In this document: piece after piece, positions 22,513 through 34,338 of the stretch
Numbering within the stretch: position 1 is the stretch's first letter
How the letters are laid out: every line of letters begins with the position of its first letter
From: Neovahlkampfia damariscottae
Lineage: Eukaryota
Direction: 5' to 3'
Assembly: GCA_016618085.1 (NCBI GenBank)
Contig: JABLTG010000002.1
Location: 1 to 64,000 of the forward strand
Length of the DNA: 64,000 nt
Notes under the pieces: generated by a model
Told to the model about the DNA's origin: nothing
The model's input: only the letters and a program-made list of their open reading frames with translations
Database searches by the model: none
Made by a program: the position numbers and the translations under genes

Positions 22513-24201
22513 ATGGACGAAGAAGAATTTGACTTTGACAAAAATAAAGACCATTTAAAGAAAAGTTACTTGAATGATTTATTAACAAGAAATGGTTCTT
22601 TCAGAAAAATCCTTCAAAAAGGGATTGGTGAAGATTTAGAAAAATATCAAAAAGAATTACAAGACCACATTGAAGAAATCAAATCAAATCTTGAAAAATT
22701 AAAACAAAATAAAGAAAAGCATCAAACTGAAATCAGAAATCTTGATTTAGTTCTTAACTCAGCTCAAAAAACTTTTAAAGAATTCAATAATAAAATTGAA
22801 GCAAACAAACAAAGCATGAAACAAAATGAAACAAAATTAGAAGAAAAGAAAAGACAAGAAGAAACATTAAAAACAAAAAAATCTGAAGTTGAATCAACAT
22901 TTAATGGTTTAGAAGCAATGAAAAAAGAGAGAATGCTACAACAAAAAAAACTTGAAAATGATAAAATAGTTGCAGAACAAAAAATCAAAGATGCAGAAAA
23001 TCATTTGAATAGTGAACTTATTAGAACTGAAAAAGAACTTCAACAGGATATTTTAAAGTTAGATGCGGAAATGCAAAGGTTAGAAGCACAATTAGCTAAA
23101 CTTGATGAGAAAATTATGATTTCCAAACAAATGGAAATGCAATTGAACTCAAAAATAGATGAACTAAAAAGAAAAGAGCTTGAATTATCAAATTTAGTAA
23201 TTTCATTAAAAGGGAGTATTAGTTATGAAACCAGAAAAATCAAAGAACTTCAAAATGAAATTGAGAACATGAGACAAAAAATAGCAGCCATTGAAGCTCA
23301 TATTAAACAACTTCAAGCTCAAAAAGAACAAATGTTAAGACACAAAGCTTCAATTCAAGATTATACTCAAACCTATAAATCAGGTTGCAGTAAGAAAACT
23401 TGTCATGTATCAAGACAAGGTGAAAGAGATGCTGTTCAAAGTCAAATTGATGAAGTTACTCGTCAACAAGATAATTTAAGGCAAGATTGTATTCGTTGGG
23501 AATCATATATCATGGAAGCTAAAAATAGAGTTGAAAACTTTGAATTTGATAAGAACAAACATGAAATTGAATTGAATCAAACGATTAATACTCAATCTTT
23601 TGTGTTAAATGAAAAAAATCAATCCATTCAAAAGTTAAAATTAACTGAATCTGTCATTGATCAATTGGAATCAAATGTGATTGAACTTGAAGGAAAAGTT
23701 GAAATAAATTTAAATCAAAAAATTTTACTTTTTTCATCAAAACAAGAAAATGAAAGAAAAATTGAAGAATGTAAACAAGATATTGAAAAATCAGAAATTA
23801 AAGAAAAAAAAATTCAAGAAGAAATTGCTGATAATGAAAAAGATTTAACTCAAATGAACAGTGAAATGGATAAAGTCAAAACTGATTTAAATCAAACAAA
23901 TGATGTTTTATTCTCATTAGAGAATGAGAAAAATAAGTTAGATAATGAAAGAATTGATTTAGTAAATGCACAAACTAAGATTGAAAACATCCAATTGATA
24001 AACGGATTGAAAAGAGATAACCATAATTCTCAATTGGATTTGGATGAAACTTTAATAGAAAGTCAACAACATGCAAATAAAGTACACAAGAACGAATTGG
24101 ATTTCACAAATGCAGTCAAACAAACAATTCAAAATGTGATTGTGAATTATGACAAAAATAAAAATAAAAATAAAAATGAATTCAAAAATCATAAACAATA
24201 A
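22513..24201 (+). CDS. Coiled-coil protein of unknown function
   Basis: 562-aa intronless heptad-rich ORF with a central GCSKKTC break. CCAAT at 22489. Confidence 0.75.
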   Translation: MDEEEFDFDKNKDHLKKSYLNDLLTRNGSFRKILQKGIGEDLEKYQKELQDHIEEIKSNLEKLKQNKEKHQTEIRNLDLVLNSAQKTFKEFNNKIEANKQSMKQNETKLEEKKRQEETLKTKKSEVESTFNGLEAMKKERMLQQKKLENDKIVAEQKIKDAENHLNSELIRTEKELQQDILKLDAEMQRLEAQLAKLDEKIMISKQMEMQLNSKIDELKRKELELSNLVISLKGSISYETRKIKELQNEIENMRQKIAAIEAHIKQLQAQKEQMLRHKASIQDYTQTYKSGCSKKTCHVSRQGERDAVQSQIDEVTRQQDNLRQDCIRWESYIMEAKNRVENFEFDKNKHEIELNQTINTQSFVLNEKNQSIQKLKLTESVIDQLESNVIELEGKVEINLNQKILLFSSKQENERKIEECKQDIEKSEIKEKKIQEEIADNEKDLTQMNSEMDKVKTDLNQTNDVLFSLENEKNKLDNERIDLVNAQTKIENIQLINGLKRDNHNSQLDLDETLIESQQHANKVHKNELDFTNAVKQTIQNVIVNYDKNKNKNKNEFKNHKQ

Positions 24202-24297
24202 ATTTTTAACATGACTTTGTTGTTCATTTTACACAAGGTTGTGAAAAAACAGTGGACCAATTAAACGGGGATTGAGTCATTTTATCAACCAATCAAA

Positions 24298-25209
24298 ATG
24301 CTCAAACAAATTGTTCTTGTTGTATTGTTATTGTGCTTAGCTTCTGTTTATTCAGTTCCTGTAGTATGTGGAACTGTAACTGTTGATGCTGTAGCTACAT
24401 TAGATATTGACAGTGAAGCTGATGTTTTATCATTTTTCAAAAAAAAATCACCATGCAAAGAAAAAGGAAAAGTTTGTGTTCATTACTGTTCAAATAAAAA
24501 AGGATTCACTTTCCTTGGTAGAAAAGTTTATTTAGCTGATTTTATTGAAAAATCTTCAGGAACAGAAAGCGCAAAAGCTCGTGCTTATGATCAGGCTTGT
24601 ATTAAAAGAACAATGGCAAAGAAAATGAAAAATTTCTTATATCGTCGTCTTCTTAAAAATATCCTCAAAAAACTTCAACAAATAAAAGCTACTCGTACAA
24701 AAAGAAACATTCCAAAATTCAACAAAGCAAAGAAACACTGGGGCAAATTATTGAATTATTTAGAAACTGATGGAAGTACAGTTGAAAAGTACTTTGGTCA
24801 AATGGCTGAATTATCAACTTTATTCGGAAAAGTTTGTAGAAACAAAAAAAATTGGAAAAGATACGTCAGAAAAAATTTAGCAAAATTTTTTAAAGGAGAC
24901 TACAAAAAGATGATTGCAAATGAAACAAATAAAGAAATCAAAAACTTAATCCTTCAAAAATTCGAAAAATTCAACAAATACTCAGATGCTATTTTTAAAA
25001 AGAATAAAAATCATAAACAAATGAAATTTGTTGCAAAATTCACAAATAAATTCATCAAAAGATTTGGTAGAATCATTATTGTTACAAAAGGAGACCGTCG
25101 TTATTGTCTTTGTGCGGACTATGCTCGTCAAAAAGGAATCACAGTTTCTTCCAACATCAAAAAAGTCATCAAAAATCAATGCAAACAAAAATATGGTAAA
25201 TATGAATAA
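24298..25209 (+). CDS. Secreted, highly Lys/Arg-rich protein of unknown function
   Basis: Signal peptide, short acidic segment, then a very basic region with several Cys. Confidence 0.75.
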   Translation: MLKQIVLVVLLLCLASVYSVPVVCGTVTVDAVATLDIDSEADVLSFFKKKSPCKEKGKVCVHYCSNKKGFTFLGRKVYLADFIEKSSGTESAKARAYDQACIKRTMAKKMKNFLYRRLLKNILKKLQQIKATRTKRNIPKFNKAKKHWGKLLNYLETDGSTVEKYFGQMAELSTLFGKVCRNKKNWKRYVRKNLAKFFKGDYKKMIANETNKEIKNLILQKFEKFNKYSDAIFKKNKNHKQMKFVAKFTNKFIKRFGRIIIVTKGDRRYCLCADYARQKGITVSSNIKKVIKNQCKQKYGKYE

Positions 25210-25294
25210 ATTCAATATATTTAAAAAAAAACATTGTATATTCTTTCATTTCCGTTGTCCAATCATTTTGTTGATTATTTTAGCGCTCAAACCA

Positions 25295-26686
25295 ATGGAG
25301 GCTTTTTTGAACAAACAAAAACTAAAATTGAGTTGCAAAAAAAAAGATTATCCTCTTTATCAATTATTTGAATATCCAAACACTGGAAAATTCAATTATC
25401 AATTATTCTTAAAACAGTATTTAAAACAATTAAAAGAAGATTATGTTTATTTTTCTACAAATCAACAAACAAATGATTATATAAGTTGTTTAGATCAAAA
25501 AGAAAAATATTTATTGTCTGGAAGTTCTTCAGGAGAAATAAAATTTATCAACACCGAACTTGAAAATATTCAAAATTTTACAACAGGAAAACAAAAAAAT
25601 GAAATATTATCAATTCAATCCAAAAAATTTTTGAGCTCAGTAAAGTTTGGGAGAACTGAAACTGAAATTATTTCAACTTCAAGAAATCAAAGTTATATTT
25701 ATTTTTATGATGTCAATTCATCAATGACAGCACCAGTCAAATTATTAAAAGTCTCAAGTGATGTTTATGATATACAAATTTATAATGATATATTATATGG
25801 TGGATGCAGAGATGGAACTATTTTCATTTCAGATCCAAGAAAAAAGACACCAAAAGTATCATCCTTAATTTCATCAAAAGGATCAGTCAATTCAGTTTTA
25901 TTGAGTCATTGTGGGAATTATTTACATAGTGGTACATCTGATAATTCAATAATTACATGGGATATTCGATATCAACTGAAGAAATTGAAGACATTTGATG
26001 TGAAAAAATCAATCACAACACTGGCATCAAGATTACGCTTTGATTTGAATTGTAGATCACAAGAAATCAATAAAAATATTGAAAATAATTTAAATTTAAT
26101 GGAAGAGGATGAAGAAGGATTGAGGCCTATTGATGATTTTTCATCAAATCAATCAAGGATCAGAAATTTAAATCAATATTATCTTAACACTCAATTGAAG
26201 GAATTACCAAATCGTGTTAGCTCACTGATAGCAGATCCAACTACTGATCAATTTATAATGTTTCAATTGCAAGATGGCTCAGTTGGTCAATATGATATCA
26301 TTCAGGAGAAATTGAAAAAATTTTATCAACCAAAATCAAATCATCTTTCTTGTAAAATTTGTGATATTTTAACATATTTAGTTGAGAGGATAAATAATGA
26401 TATTGAAAAAACATCACCTTGTTTTTTAAATAAATTCAACTCATTGGTCTGTGTACCTTTGCCAATGTTCAAAGAATTGATTTTTTTAGATTTCAGTAAA
26501 TCAGATGAATTAATTTATTTTGATCTTTTTAACTTCACTACTAATACAAATGTAATAAAATCAACTCATGAAATTGTAACATCAAGAATTGAATTGAAAT
26601 ATGCTCCTTCAATTGTAAAATATGAAGAAAACAAAAATTCAATCTTTGTTGGTTGCACATCCAATAATATCATCAGATTGAAATAA
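25295..26686 (+). CDS. WD40-repeat protein with WDxR motif (possible DCAF)
   Basis: LLSGSSSGEI, GGCRDGTI, SGTSDNSIITWDIR. ATG 25295 follows CCAAT 25259. Probable in-frame intron 26352-26381. Confidence 0.75.
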   Translation: MEAFLNKQKLKLSCKKKDYPLYQLFEYPNTGKFNYQLFLKQYLKQLKEDYVYFSTNQQTNDYISCLDQKEKYLLSGSSSGEIKFINTELENIQNFTTGKQKNEILSIQSKKFLSSVKFGRTETEIISTSRNQSYIYFYDVNSSMTAPVKLLKVSSDVYDIQIYNDILYGGCRDGTIFISDPRKKTPKVSSLISSKGSVNSVLLSHCGNYLHSGTSDNSIITWDIRYQLKKLKTFDVKKSITTLASRLRFDLNCRSQEINKNIENNLNLMEEDEEGLRPIDDFSSNQSRIRNLNQYYLNTQLKELPNRVSSLIADPTTDQFIMFQLQDGSVGQYDIIQEKLKKFYQPKSNHLSCKICDILTYLVERINNDIEKTSPCFLNKFNSLVCVPLPMFKELIFLDFSKSDELIYFDLFNFTTNTNVIKSTHEIVTSRIELKYAPSIVKYEENKNSIFVGCTSNNIIRLK

Positions 26687-26791
26687 AAACTTTTTTTTTG
26701 TAAATCTTCATTTTCATTTTGTATATTTTCTTGTAATTTTCTTTCTCTTATTCGACCAATCAAAAGTTACTTCTATTTCAACAAACAAAAC

Positions 26792-29700
26792 ATGGAAGAA
26801 CAAGTTGCTTTAAACAAAGAAAATGGAAAAAAAGAAATGGTCAAAAAGTACCAAGAAATTGAAGGAAAGCATAATCACATTGGTGAATTCAATGGAAAAC
26901 CTATATTCATTGATATCGACTCAGTTTTAATGCACTGCCTTTTACACCCACTTATTGACACTATTCATGGTTTAGAAATTGTTCAAATAATTAATTTTAT
27001 TGAACTTTTTATTGAAAGATTTGAAAGAAATGTTATTTTAATTTTTTTTGAAAATTTGGAAAACGCTTGGAAAAATCCATCAGAAAAACTCGCAAGAAAT
27101 ATTATAAAACAACATTTTATAAACATTAATATTGTCGTTAAAACCTTTAAATCATGGGAAACAGAAGAATTTCATAATTACGTTGAAATTAATAGTCCTG
27201 CTTTTACTATCGTTTCAAATCCGAACAAATTACCAAAAAATTGTTCAAAAGATTCAGAATACTTATTTATGCATCAAATTACTCATTTTGTATATAATAA
27301 TATCAATTGTATCACCCAAAATGATCTCAGATATGAACCAGAAGGTTTGTTATAACAAAATTTTTTTTAATATTTTCAAAAAAAGGAATATATGGATTTC
27401 AATTCAATGGATCAACTTCAAAAGTTTTAAACATTGTACTTTATGAAGAAGAAAAAAAAGAGTGTTCAATAGATTTTGGATTATTTGAAAAATTAAACAA
27501 AATTTCAAATTTTAGAAATCAAGTTTGGACTTATGCTTGTATTAAATTTTTACAAAAACACCCAAAAGAATTTAACTTTACGAAAATATTATTACTTCAA
27601 TCATTTTTATTAGAAATTTTACCTTTACAATTTAGAAGTCAAATGGTTGATGATAAATTTAGTAATGTTATTATTCCATTATTAGAAGATGCTTATTCAA
27701 CTATTATTGATATTCCTTTAACAAATGATATTAAAATTTGTGATCTTTTTGATGGTAGATTAATTCATGTTATTTGGAATCATTTAGTTTCAATAAAATC
27801 TGTTGGAAATTTTGAAGATTTGGGAATGAATTCAGAAACATCTAAAAATTTTGAACATCTTTGGTCAATCATTGTTGAAGAAAGTAAATCAAATATTGAA
27901 TTATTTCCAATTGATTTTTCAAAATTTGAAATTTCAGAATTGAAGAAACAAGCATCAGAAGAATCAGAAATTGAAAAAGTATATCATATTTCATCTGATT
28001 TTGTTGGACCTTTAGTTAATGATGTTAATAAAAAATTAGAAGAAAATTCATTGATTTCAAAAAAGAAAGCATCTGGGTTTAATAATTTATTCATTGAAAA
28101 GTATCATTGGCATTCAGATAAATTATTTGATGATGGTGTTAGGTTTGTCAAAACGGATAATAATACATCTGGAAAAGCTGAACAAAGATACTCTGCTTTT
28201 ATGCAAAAATATGCTGCAAGTTTATCAGGAGGTAAAATTGTTAAAAGAGAAATTATCACACCTGTTATTAATAATTCAAAAACTGAAGAAAAAAATGAAA
28301 AAAAAGTACAATCTGGAGGAAAAAAGAAAGGTGGAAAAAAACAACTCAGTAAAAAAGATCAAATTATTGCAGACAATTTAAAAAAACAATTACAAAAAGA
28401 AATTAATGATATTAATGGAAAAATTGATACAATTTTAAAATTCGAATTGGAAGATTCAATTAAAAAATTACAAAATATGTGTGATCAAACAACAAAAGAT
28501 GAATTATATATTGTTCCATTAAGAAAAATTTTACAAAAATGTGAAGAAGCATTTGTTGCATCCCAAGGAAATGAAAAATTAGGAATGAGATTATTGACAG
28601 CTTTAACTGATTTATGCAATCTTCGCAATCTTTTAACAGTTGAAGATTTTGAACAAATTATCAAATCACTTAAACATTTAGGATTTGGAAATAAAGTTCA
28701 AGATTTCATTAATGAATATGCATCTTCAGATATTGCAACAAAATTAAGAATTGAACAATCAAAAGTTGTTGGAAAATATTCATTTCCAAGATTTTTATTC
28801 AAATTTGGAGGTGAATCAATGAAAAGAGAAACAGAATCCACAATTGATCCAAGAGTTAAAGATTTTGCACCTGATAAATGGCAAGTTGAACTTTTAGATA
28901 TTGTTGATAAAAAAGAATCATGTCTTGTTGTTGCTCCAACATCTTCAGGAAAAACTTTTATCTCATACTATTGTATGGAAAATGTTATGAAATGGAATAA
29001 AAGTAATAAAACAAGAAAAAGAGTTGTGTATGTATTACCAACAAAAGCACTTGTGAATCAAGTTTCAGGTGATATTTACAAACGTTATGGTTTAGTTTTT
29101 GGTGTTTTCACAAGAGACTATAGAAGAAACGTTGAAAATTGTGAAATTTTAATCACTGTTCCTCAATGTCTTGAAATTTTATTAATGTCACCTTCACAAT
29201 ACAATTGGATTGGTGAATTAGAATGGATTGTATTTGATGAAGTTCATTTTATCGGATTAAAAGATGGTGATATTTGGGAAAGAAATTTAAGATTAATCAA
29301 TTGTCCATTTTTAGCATTATCTGCGACCATTGGAAATCCAGAAACTTTAAAAGATTGGATGAATACTGTTTCACCAACAAAAGTCAATTTAGTTCAATAT
29401 AATCAAAGATATTCTGATTTATGTATCTCAGCATATAATTTAGAAAAAGAAACTGCAAAAATTACACAAGTAAATATGCCATCACAAGATTCTTTGATTA
29501 AAATTCATCCTATTGCATCAATGAAATATGAATACTATTTAAATAGTGATTTAGAGGCTGTTATGAATAAATTTAAATTCTCACCTTCAGAAACATTAGA
29601 ATTAGTTGAAGAAATGGAAAAAATTGATTTTTCAGGAGTTCCAAAACTTGCTGAATCATTTAAGAAGATAGTTCCGGAAAATTATTTCTCAAAAACATGT

Positions 29701-32125
29701 TCAATTGATAGAAAAGGAGCAAGATTATATCAAGATGATGTGAAGAAATTTTTATTAGATTTGATTTCAAATGGATTAACAAAGGAAGTTGATACAATTT
29801 TCACTCATTTCTCAACACCATTAAAGAGTTTAGAAAAATATGAAAAAGTGAATCCAAAGGCAAAGTTTTTGAATCTCTTAATTGAAATGAGATCACAAGG
29901 AATGTTACCTGCTTTAGCATTTTCCTTTTCTCGTTCATTTTGTGTTGAAATGGCTATTGAATTAACAATCAGTTTAGAAGAATTAGAAAAAGAAGAAATG
30001 ATCAGTAGAGGTTTTGATGATACATTTATGACTGCTTTACAAAAGAAAAAAGAAGAATTTGAACAAAACATTCAAAAACAATTACAATCTTTACAAAAAT
30101 CAAAAGAAAAACCAGATTATGATTCAGTTGATTTATTTGATGAAAGATTAGAAAGATATGAAGGAATGATAAGAGATATCAAAGCAAAATATTCATTTGT
30201 TTCACAAGGAGAAGATATGGCTTCAGAAGATAAAGAGTTTTGGTTAAAAAGATTATTATGGAAAACAAAATGGAAAGAAGATCATCCTTTATTGAGAGCA
30301 CTTCAAAAAGGAATTGGTGTACATCATTCAGGATTACCAAAAGAATACAAAGATTATGTTGAAACTTTGTTCAGAGGAAAACATATTAAATTAGTATTTG
30401 CAACTGGAACACTTGCTTATGGTGTCAATATGCCTTGTAAAGCAGTCATTTTTGTTTCAGAATCAAAATATTTAAGTCCTTTAATTTTTAATCAAATGAT
30501 TGGTAGAGCTGGAAGAAGAGGTTATGATAAAATTGGACATGTTGTATTCTTTAATTATCCATTGAAACAAGTTGCAAATTTATTATCTTCAAAAGTTCAA
30601 TCATTAAAAGGAAATTATGGAATGTCTGCAACTTTAGCATTAAGAATGTGCATTTTATTAACACAATCTGAAAAATTAAACCTCAAAAAAGTTGATCATG
30701 AATTGATTTTAAAAAAATGTAAAAATTTATTGAAACCTTCTTTTGGTTATAATGAAATTCATTCACAAGATCAAATTGCTCATCATTTCCGTTTTGCTTT
30801 GGAATTTTTATTGAGAAATGGTTATATCAATAATGAATGTGAAACTATTAATTTAACTGGATTAGTAGCTCATTTGTGGTACACAGAACCATCAAATTTT
30901 GTTTTTGCACGTTTTCTTGAATCAAAAGCAATGATGAATATTTGTGAAAAATGGAGAAATCCAGAATCATCAAAAGATGAAATTTCAAAAGAATTATTAA
31001 CTATTGTAGCTCATATGTTCAATCGTTATCCAAGTGACAAAGAAGAAACTTCTTTAAAATCACTTGACAAAGATGTTGTTGAAATGATCACAAATTACAA
31101 CAAAGAATCAATGAAAGTTTATGTTAATTACTTAAAAACATTTTCAAAAACTGAAATTGATTCAAAAAAGAATTATTTACCTTTATCAAAGACATTATTT
31201 GAATCAAAAGATGATGAACAACTTGATCATGGAATTTTAAAGAATATCAAAGAAACATCATTAGATAATAAAGTTAGATCACCATTCATGGGATTAAGTG
31301 GATTAGATGATAATTTTAATGTAAGAATATCTTTAACTAACATATAATTAGACAACAAGAGAAATTGTTGATTCAAGAAGAAGTGATATTTTTGTGAATG
31401 AAAAAGTGATTCCAATTTGTGAATATAAAAATGTTTTTGATGAAGATATCAAATTGTCTTCTTATATCATTCATTTTTATATGTCTGGAGATTATTCATC
31501 ATTGATTAAAGATTATAACATTAAATCAGGAGCTGCATGGTCAGTTTTGAAAGATTGGAGTTTAATGTTCTCTTTAATTGTGAATATCTTAAATCATTTA
31601 ATTGAAAATGACAAAAAGACAAATGAATCAGAAGAAATTGAAACTGCTAAAAAAGTATCTTTGAACACAGAAGAAACATGGGAAGATATTGAAGCAGAAG
31701 GAGATGCAGAAGATGAAGAAGAAGATATTGACTTTGATTCAAAGAAAAACTCAATTATTAATGAAGTAAAATCACAAAAAAAGAAAAAAGAAAATAAAAA
31801 GAAAACAGTTGAAACACCTAAAGAAGATGATTTACCAACATTTGATGATTCAGATTTGGATTGGGATGCATCAGGAGATGAAGAAGATGAAAAAGAAGAA
31901 GAAGAAATTGAAGAAGAAATTGTTGAAGAAAAATTATTCTCTTATGAAGATATGAAAGTGACTCTTGAAATCTTTGAATATATTCAATTACAATTTGATT
32001 CACATTTCAAAGCTATTCATGTTAAAACGGAAGAAGAAGATCTTGAAGATAAAATTCTCAGAGAACATAAAGAAAAAAGATATGAAGAGATGGAAAATGA
32101 TAGTGATAATGAATTAGATATTTAA
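26792..32125 (+). CDS. DDX60: DDX60-like Ski2-family RNA helicase (3 exons)
   Basis: FIDIDSVL N-domain, DPRVKDFAPDKWQVELLD, APTSSGKT, DEVH, LSATIGNP, GIGVHHSGL, QMIGRAGRRG, HLWYTEPSNF. Introns start at 27344 and 31321. Confidence 0.88.
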
Positions 32126-32238
32126 ATAAAAATTAGTTTTAAGAATTTCAACTTGAACAAACTTTTATTTTTGAAAACTCCGAGTAATACCAAATTCTTA
32201 TTGGTTAACATATTCTCAACAGAAAAGTCCAGAATTGA

Positions 32239-33426
32239 ATGAAACAACGAACAATTCACAATTCTCTTGAAAAGTATTTGAATTTATGTAAAGAATATGA
32301 AGTTCAACCATATGCCTCTGCACAAATAGTTTTTGATAATCCACATCTTGTAGACAGAATACATTTAGGAAAAGATTTTAACAAAGCACAACTTTTACCA
32401 CTTGTTGAAGTTTTAAAAACTGATAAAAATATAAAAACTTTGGATTTTCGAGGAGCAAAAATCGGATCAACAGGTTGTATTGCATTAAGAGATCTATTAA
32501 ACACAAATTCAACAATAACAAAAATTGATTTAACAGAAAATAGAATAGATCATTATGGAATCGAATCAATATCACATTTATTGAAAGAAAATAATTCACT
32601 CAAATCTTTAATTCTTCGTGGAAATTTAATTTCCAAAAAAGGAGCTCATTTATTGGCCAAAGGATTAAAATCAAATTCTACTTTAAAACATTTAGATTTG
32701 AGTAATTGTTTTTTAGGGTATAATGGTACTTCTCAAATTGAAAAAGTTATACCAAAAGGATGTTATTTGGATATTCATGGAAATTATGTCAGAGAAGAAG
32801 CTTTGAACTCTTTTACTCATATCATTGGGATTCTATTCTCTGTAATTGGTGGATATTTCTTAATTCAAGAGGCTAGAAAACACACATGGCCCTATTTAAT
32901 AGGTTGTTGTTTATTCATTTTTTCATTAACAATGATGTATGTTTCATCAGTTCTTGCTCACAGCTTTTTCTTTTTAAAGAAAACAGGAGCAATATTTTTG
33001 TTATTAGATCATGCTAGTATTTCAATTTTGATAGCAGGAAGTTATTCACCTATTTTACTTGTCAGTTTTGGACATTCTTGGGTTGGTCTTGTTGCTTTCA
33101 TTTTTATTTGGTCATTGTGTGGTGTATGTATCATTTTGTCAGCATTAGGACCTGATTATCAAAAAATTGAACTTGCAATGTTTTTGATTATGGGTTGGGT
33201 CGCAGTTTTTGGAATTAAATTCCTCTTTGTTTGTGTTCCAATGAATGGAATTATCTTGATATTCATTGGAGGTATGTTTTATACTGTAGGAGTTATATTT
33301 TTTGTTAAAGGACAAACAGTTCCTATTTATCATTCAATTTGGCATATTTTCGTTTTTCTTGCTTCTGTTTCTCATTATTTCACAATTTTGTTGTATGTAG
33401 ATCACTGTGATATTGGATTACTTTAA
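32239..33426 (+). CDS. RNI-like LRR domain fused to a hemolysin-III/PAQR 7TM domain
   Basis: LKTDKNIKTLDF, NSTITKIDL, NSTLKHLDLSNC repeats, then EEALNSFTH, SxxAH, LDHASISILIAGSYSP, HSIWHIFV in one uninterrupted ORF. Confidence 0.88.
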   Translation: MKQRTIHNSLEKYLNLCKEYEVQPYASAQIVFDNPHLVDRIHLGKDFNKAQLLPLVEVLKTDKNIKTLDFRGAKIGSTGCIALRDLLNTNSTITKIDLTENRIDHYGIESISHLLKENNSLKSLILRGNLISKKGAHLLAKGLKSNSTLKHLDLSNCFLGYNGTSQIEKVIPKGCYLDIHGNYVREEALNSFTHIIGILFSVIGGYFLIQEARKHTWPYLIGCCLFIFSLTMMYVSSVLAHSFFFLKKTGAIFLLLDHASISILIAGSYSPILLVSFGHSWVGLVAFIFIWSLCGVCIILSALGPDYQKIELAMFLIMGWVAVFGIKFLFVCVPMNGIILIFIGGMFYTVGVIFFVKGQTVPIYHSIWHIFVFLASVSHYFTILLYVDHCDIGLL

Positions 33427-33504
33427 ATGAGATAAAACGTTTGTTCAATTAAAATAATGATTTTTTTTTTCTTTGTCCAATCAAATCAAGTTTTCAAAGT
33501 CCAA

Positions 33505-34323
33505 ATGCAAATTAATAAAGTTGAGAACATCAATGAGCTTGTAGAACTTAAAAGAAAATATATCCAAGAATCTACCTCACCACTTGATGGAATGTGGTTG
33601 AGCTTTGTGAAAGGTTCAAATCACTATTCATTGTCTTCTGATGATAAACTCATTGGATACTTGTGCATCAATGATGAAGGGTATATTCTTCAATTTTACA
33701 TTATTCCTGAATTTCAACAAGATTCCATTACTCAATTTAAAAATATTTTATCAAGTGAAAACAAAAAACTAATTGGAGAAATAAAAGGAGCTGTTGTGAG
33801 CACAGCAGAACCAAAATATTTATCTCTTTGTTTTGATCACTTTAAAAATTCAAAAGTATATGGATTTATGTTTCAAAAATTAAAGAAAGAAATATCACCA
33901 ATTTTTGATGTCAAAGAGAAAAACAAACTAACATTATTGACAAAAGATAATTTTGAGGATGTCATTAAATTTGCATTTGATACTATTCAACATGATGAAA
34001 ATTGGTTAAGAGATTATTATAAAGAAAGAATTGAAAGAAAGGAAGCATTTGCATGTTGGGAGAATGATAAAATTTTTGCCATTGGAGAAACAAGGGGATA
34101 TGATGATTTTCAAGTTGGTTATGCTGATTTAGGAGTAATGGTATGCAAAACAAAAAGAAAACAAGGAATAGCAACTGAAGTAGTAAAACAATTAGTTAAT
34201 ATCACTGAATCAAGAAATCAAATTCCAATCTGTTCAACAGAAACTGAAAATATTGGTTCATATAAGGCAATTATAAAATCTGGATTTCATGCACCAAATA
34301 GAATCATTCGATTTGATTTATAA
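33505..34323 (+). CDS. GNAT family N-acetyltransferase, bacterial-like, intronless
   Basis: ADLGVMV...RKQGIAT and NIGSYKAIIKSGF acetyl-CoA binding motifs. Confidence 0.85.
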   Translation: MQINKVENINELVELKRKYIQESTSPLDGMWLSFVKGSNHYSLSSDDKLIGYLCINDEGYILQFYIIPEFQQDSITQFKNILSSENKKLIGEIKGAVVSTAEPKYLSLCFDHFKNSKVYGFMFQKLKKEISPIFDVKEKNKLTLLTKDNFEDVIKFAFDTIQHDENWLRDYYKERIERKEAFACWENDKIFAIGETRGYDDFQVGYADLGVMVCKTKRKQGIATEVVKQLVNITESRNQIPICSTETENIGSYKAIIKSGFHAPNRIIRFDL

Positions 34324-34338
34324 AGATTTAAATAAAAT

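Noticed and set aside
24273..24279. TGAGTCA/TGACTCA AP-1/GCN4-like sites near CCAAT boxes (also ~55160 and ~7074)
   Set aside because: A handful are expected by chance in 64 kb, and one lies inside PRP3 coding sequence.
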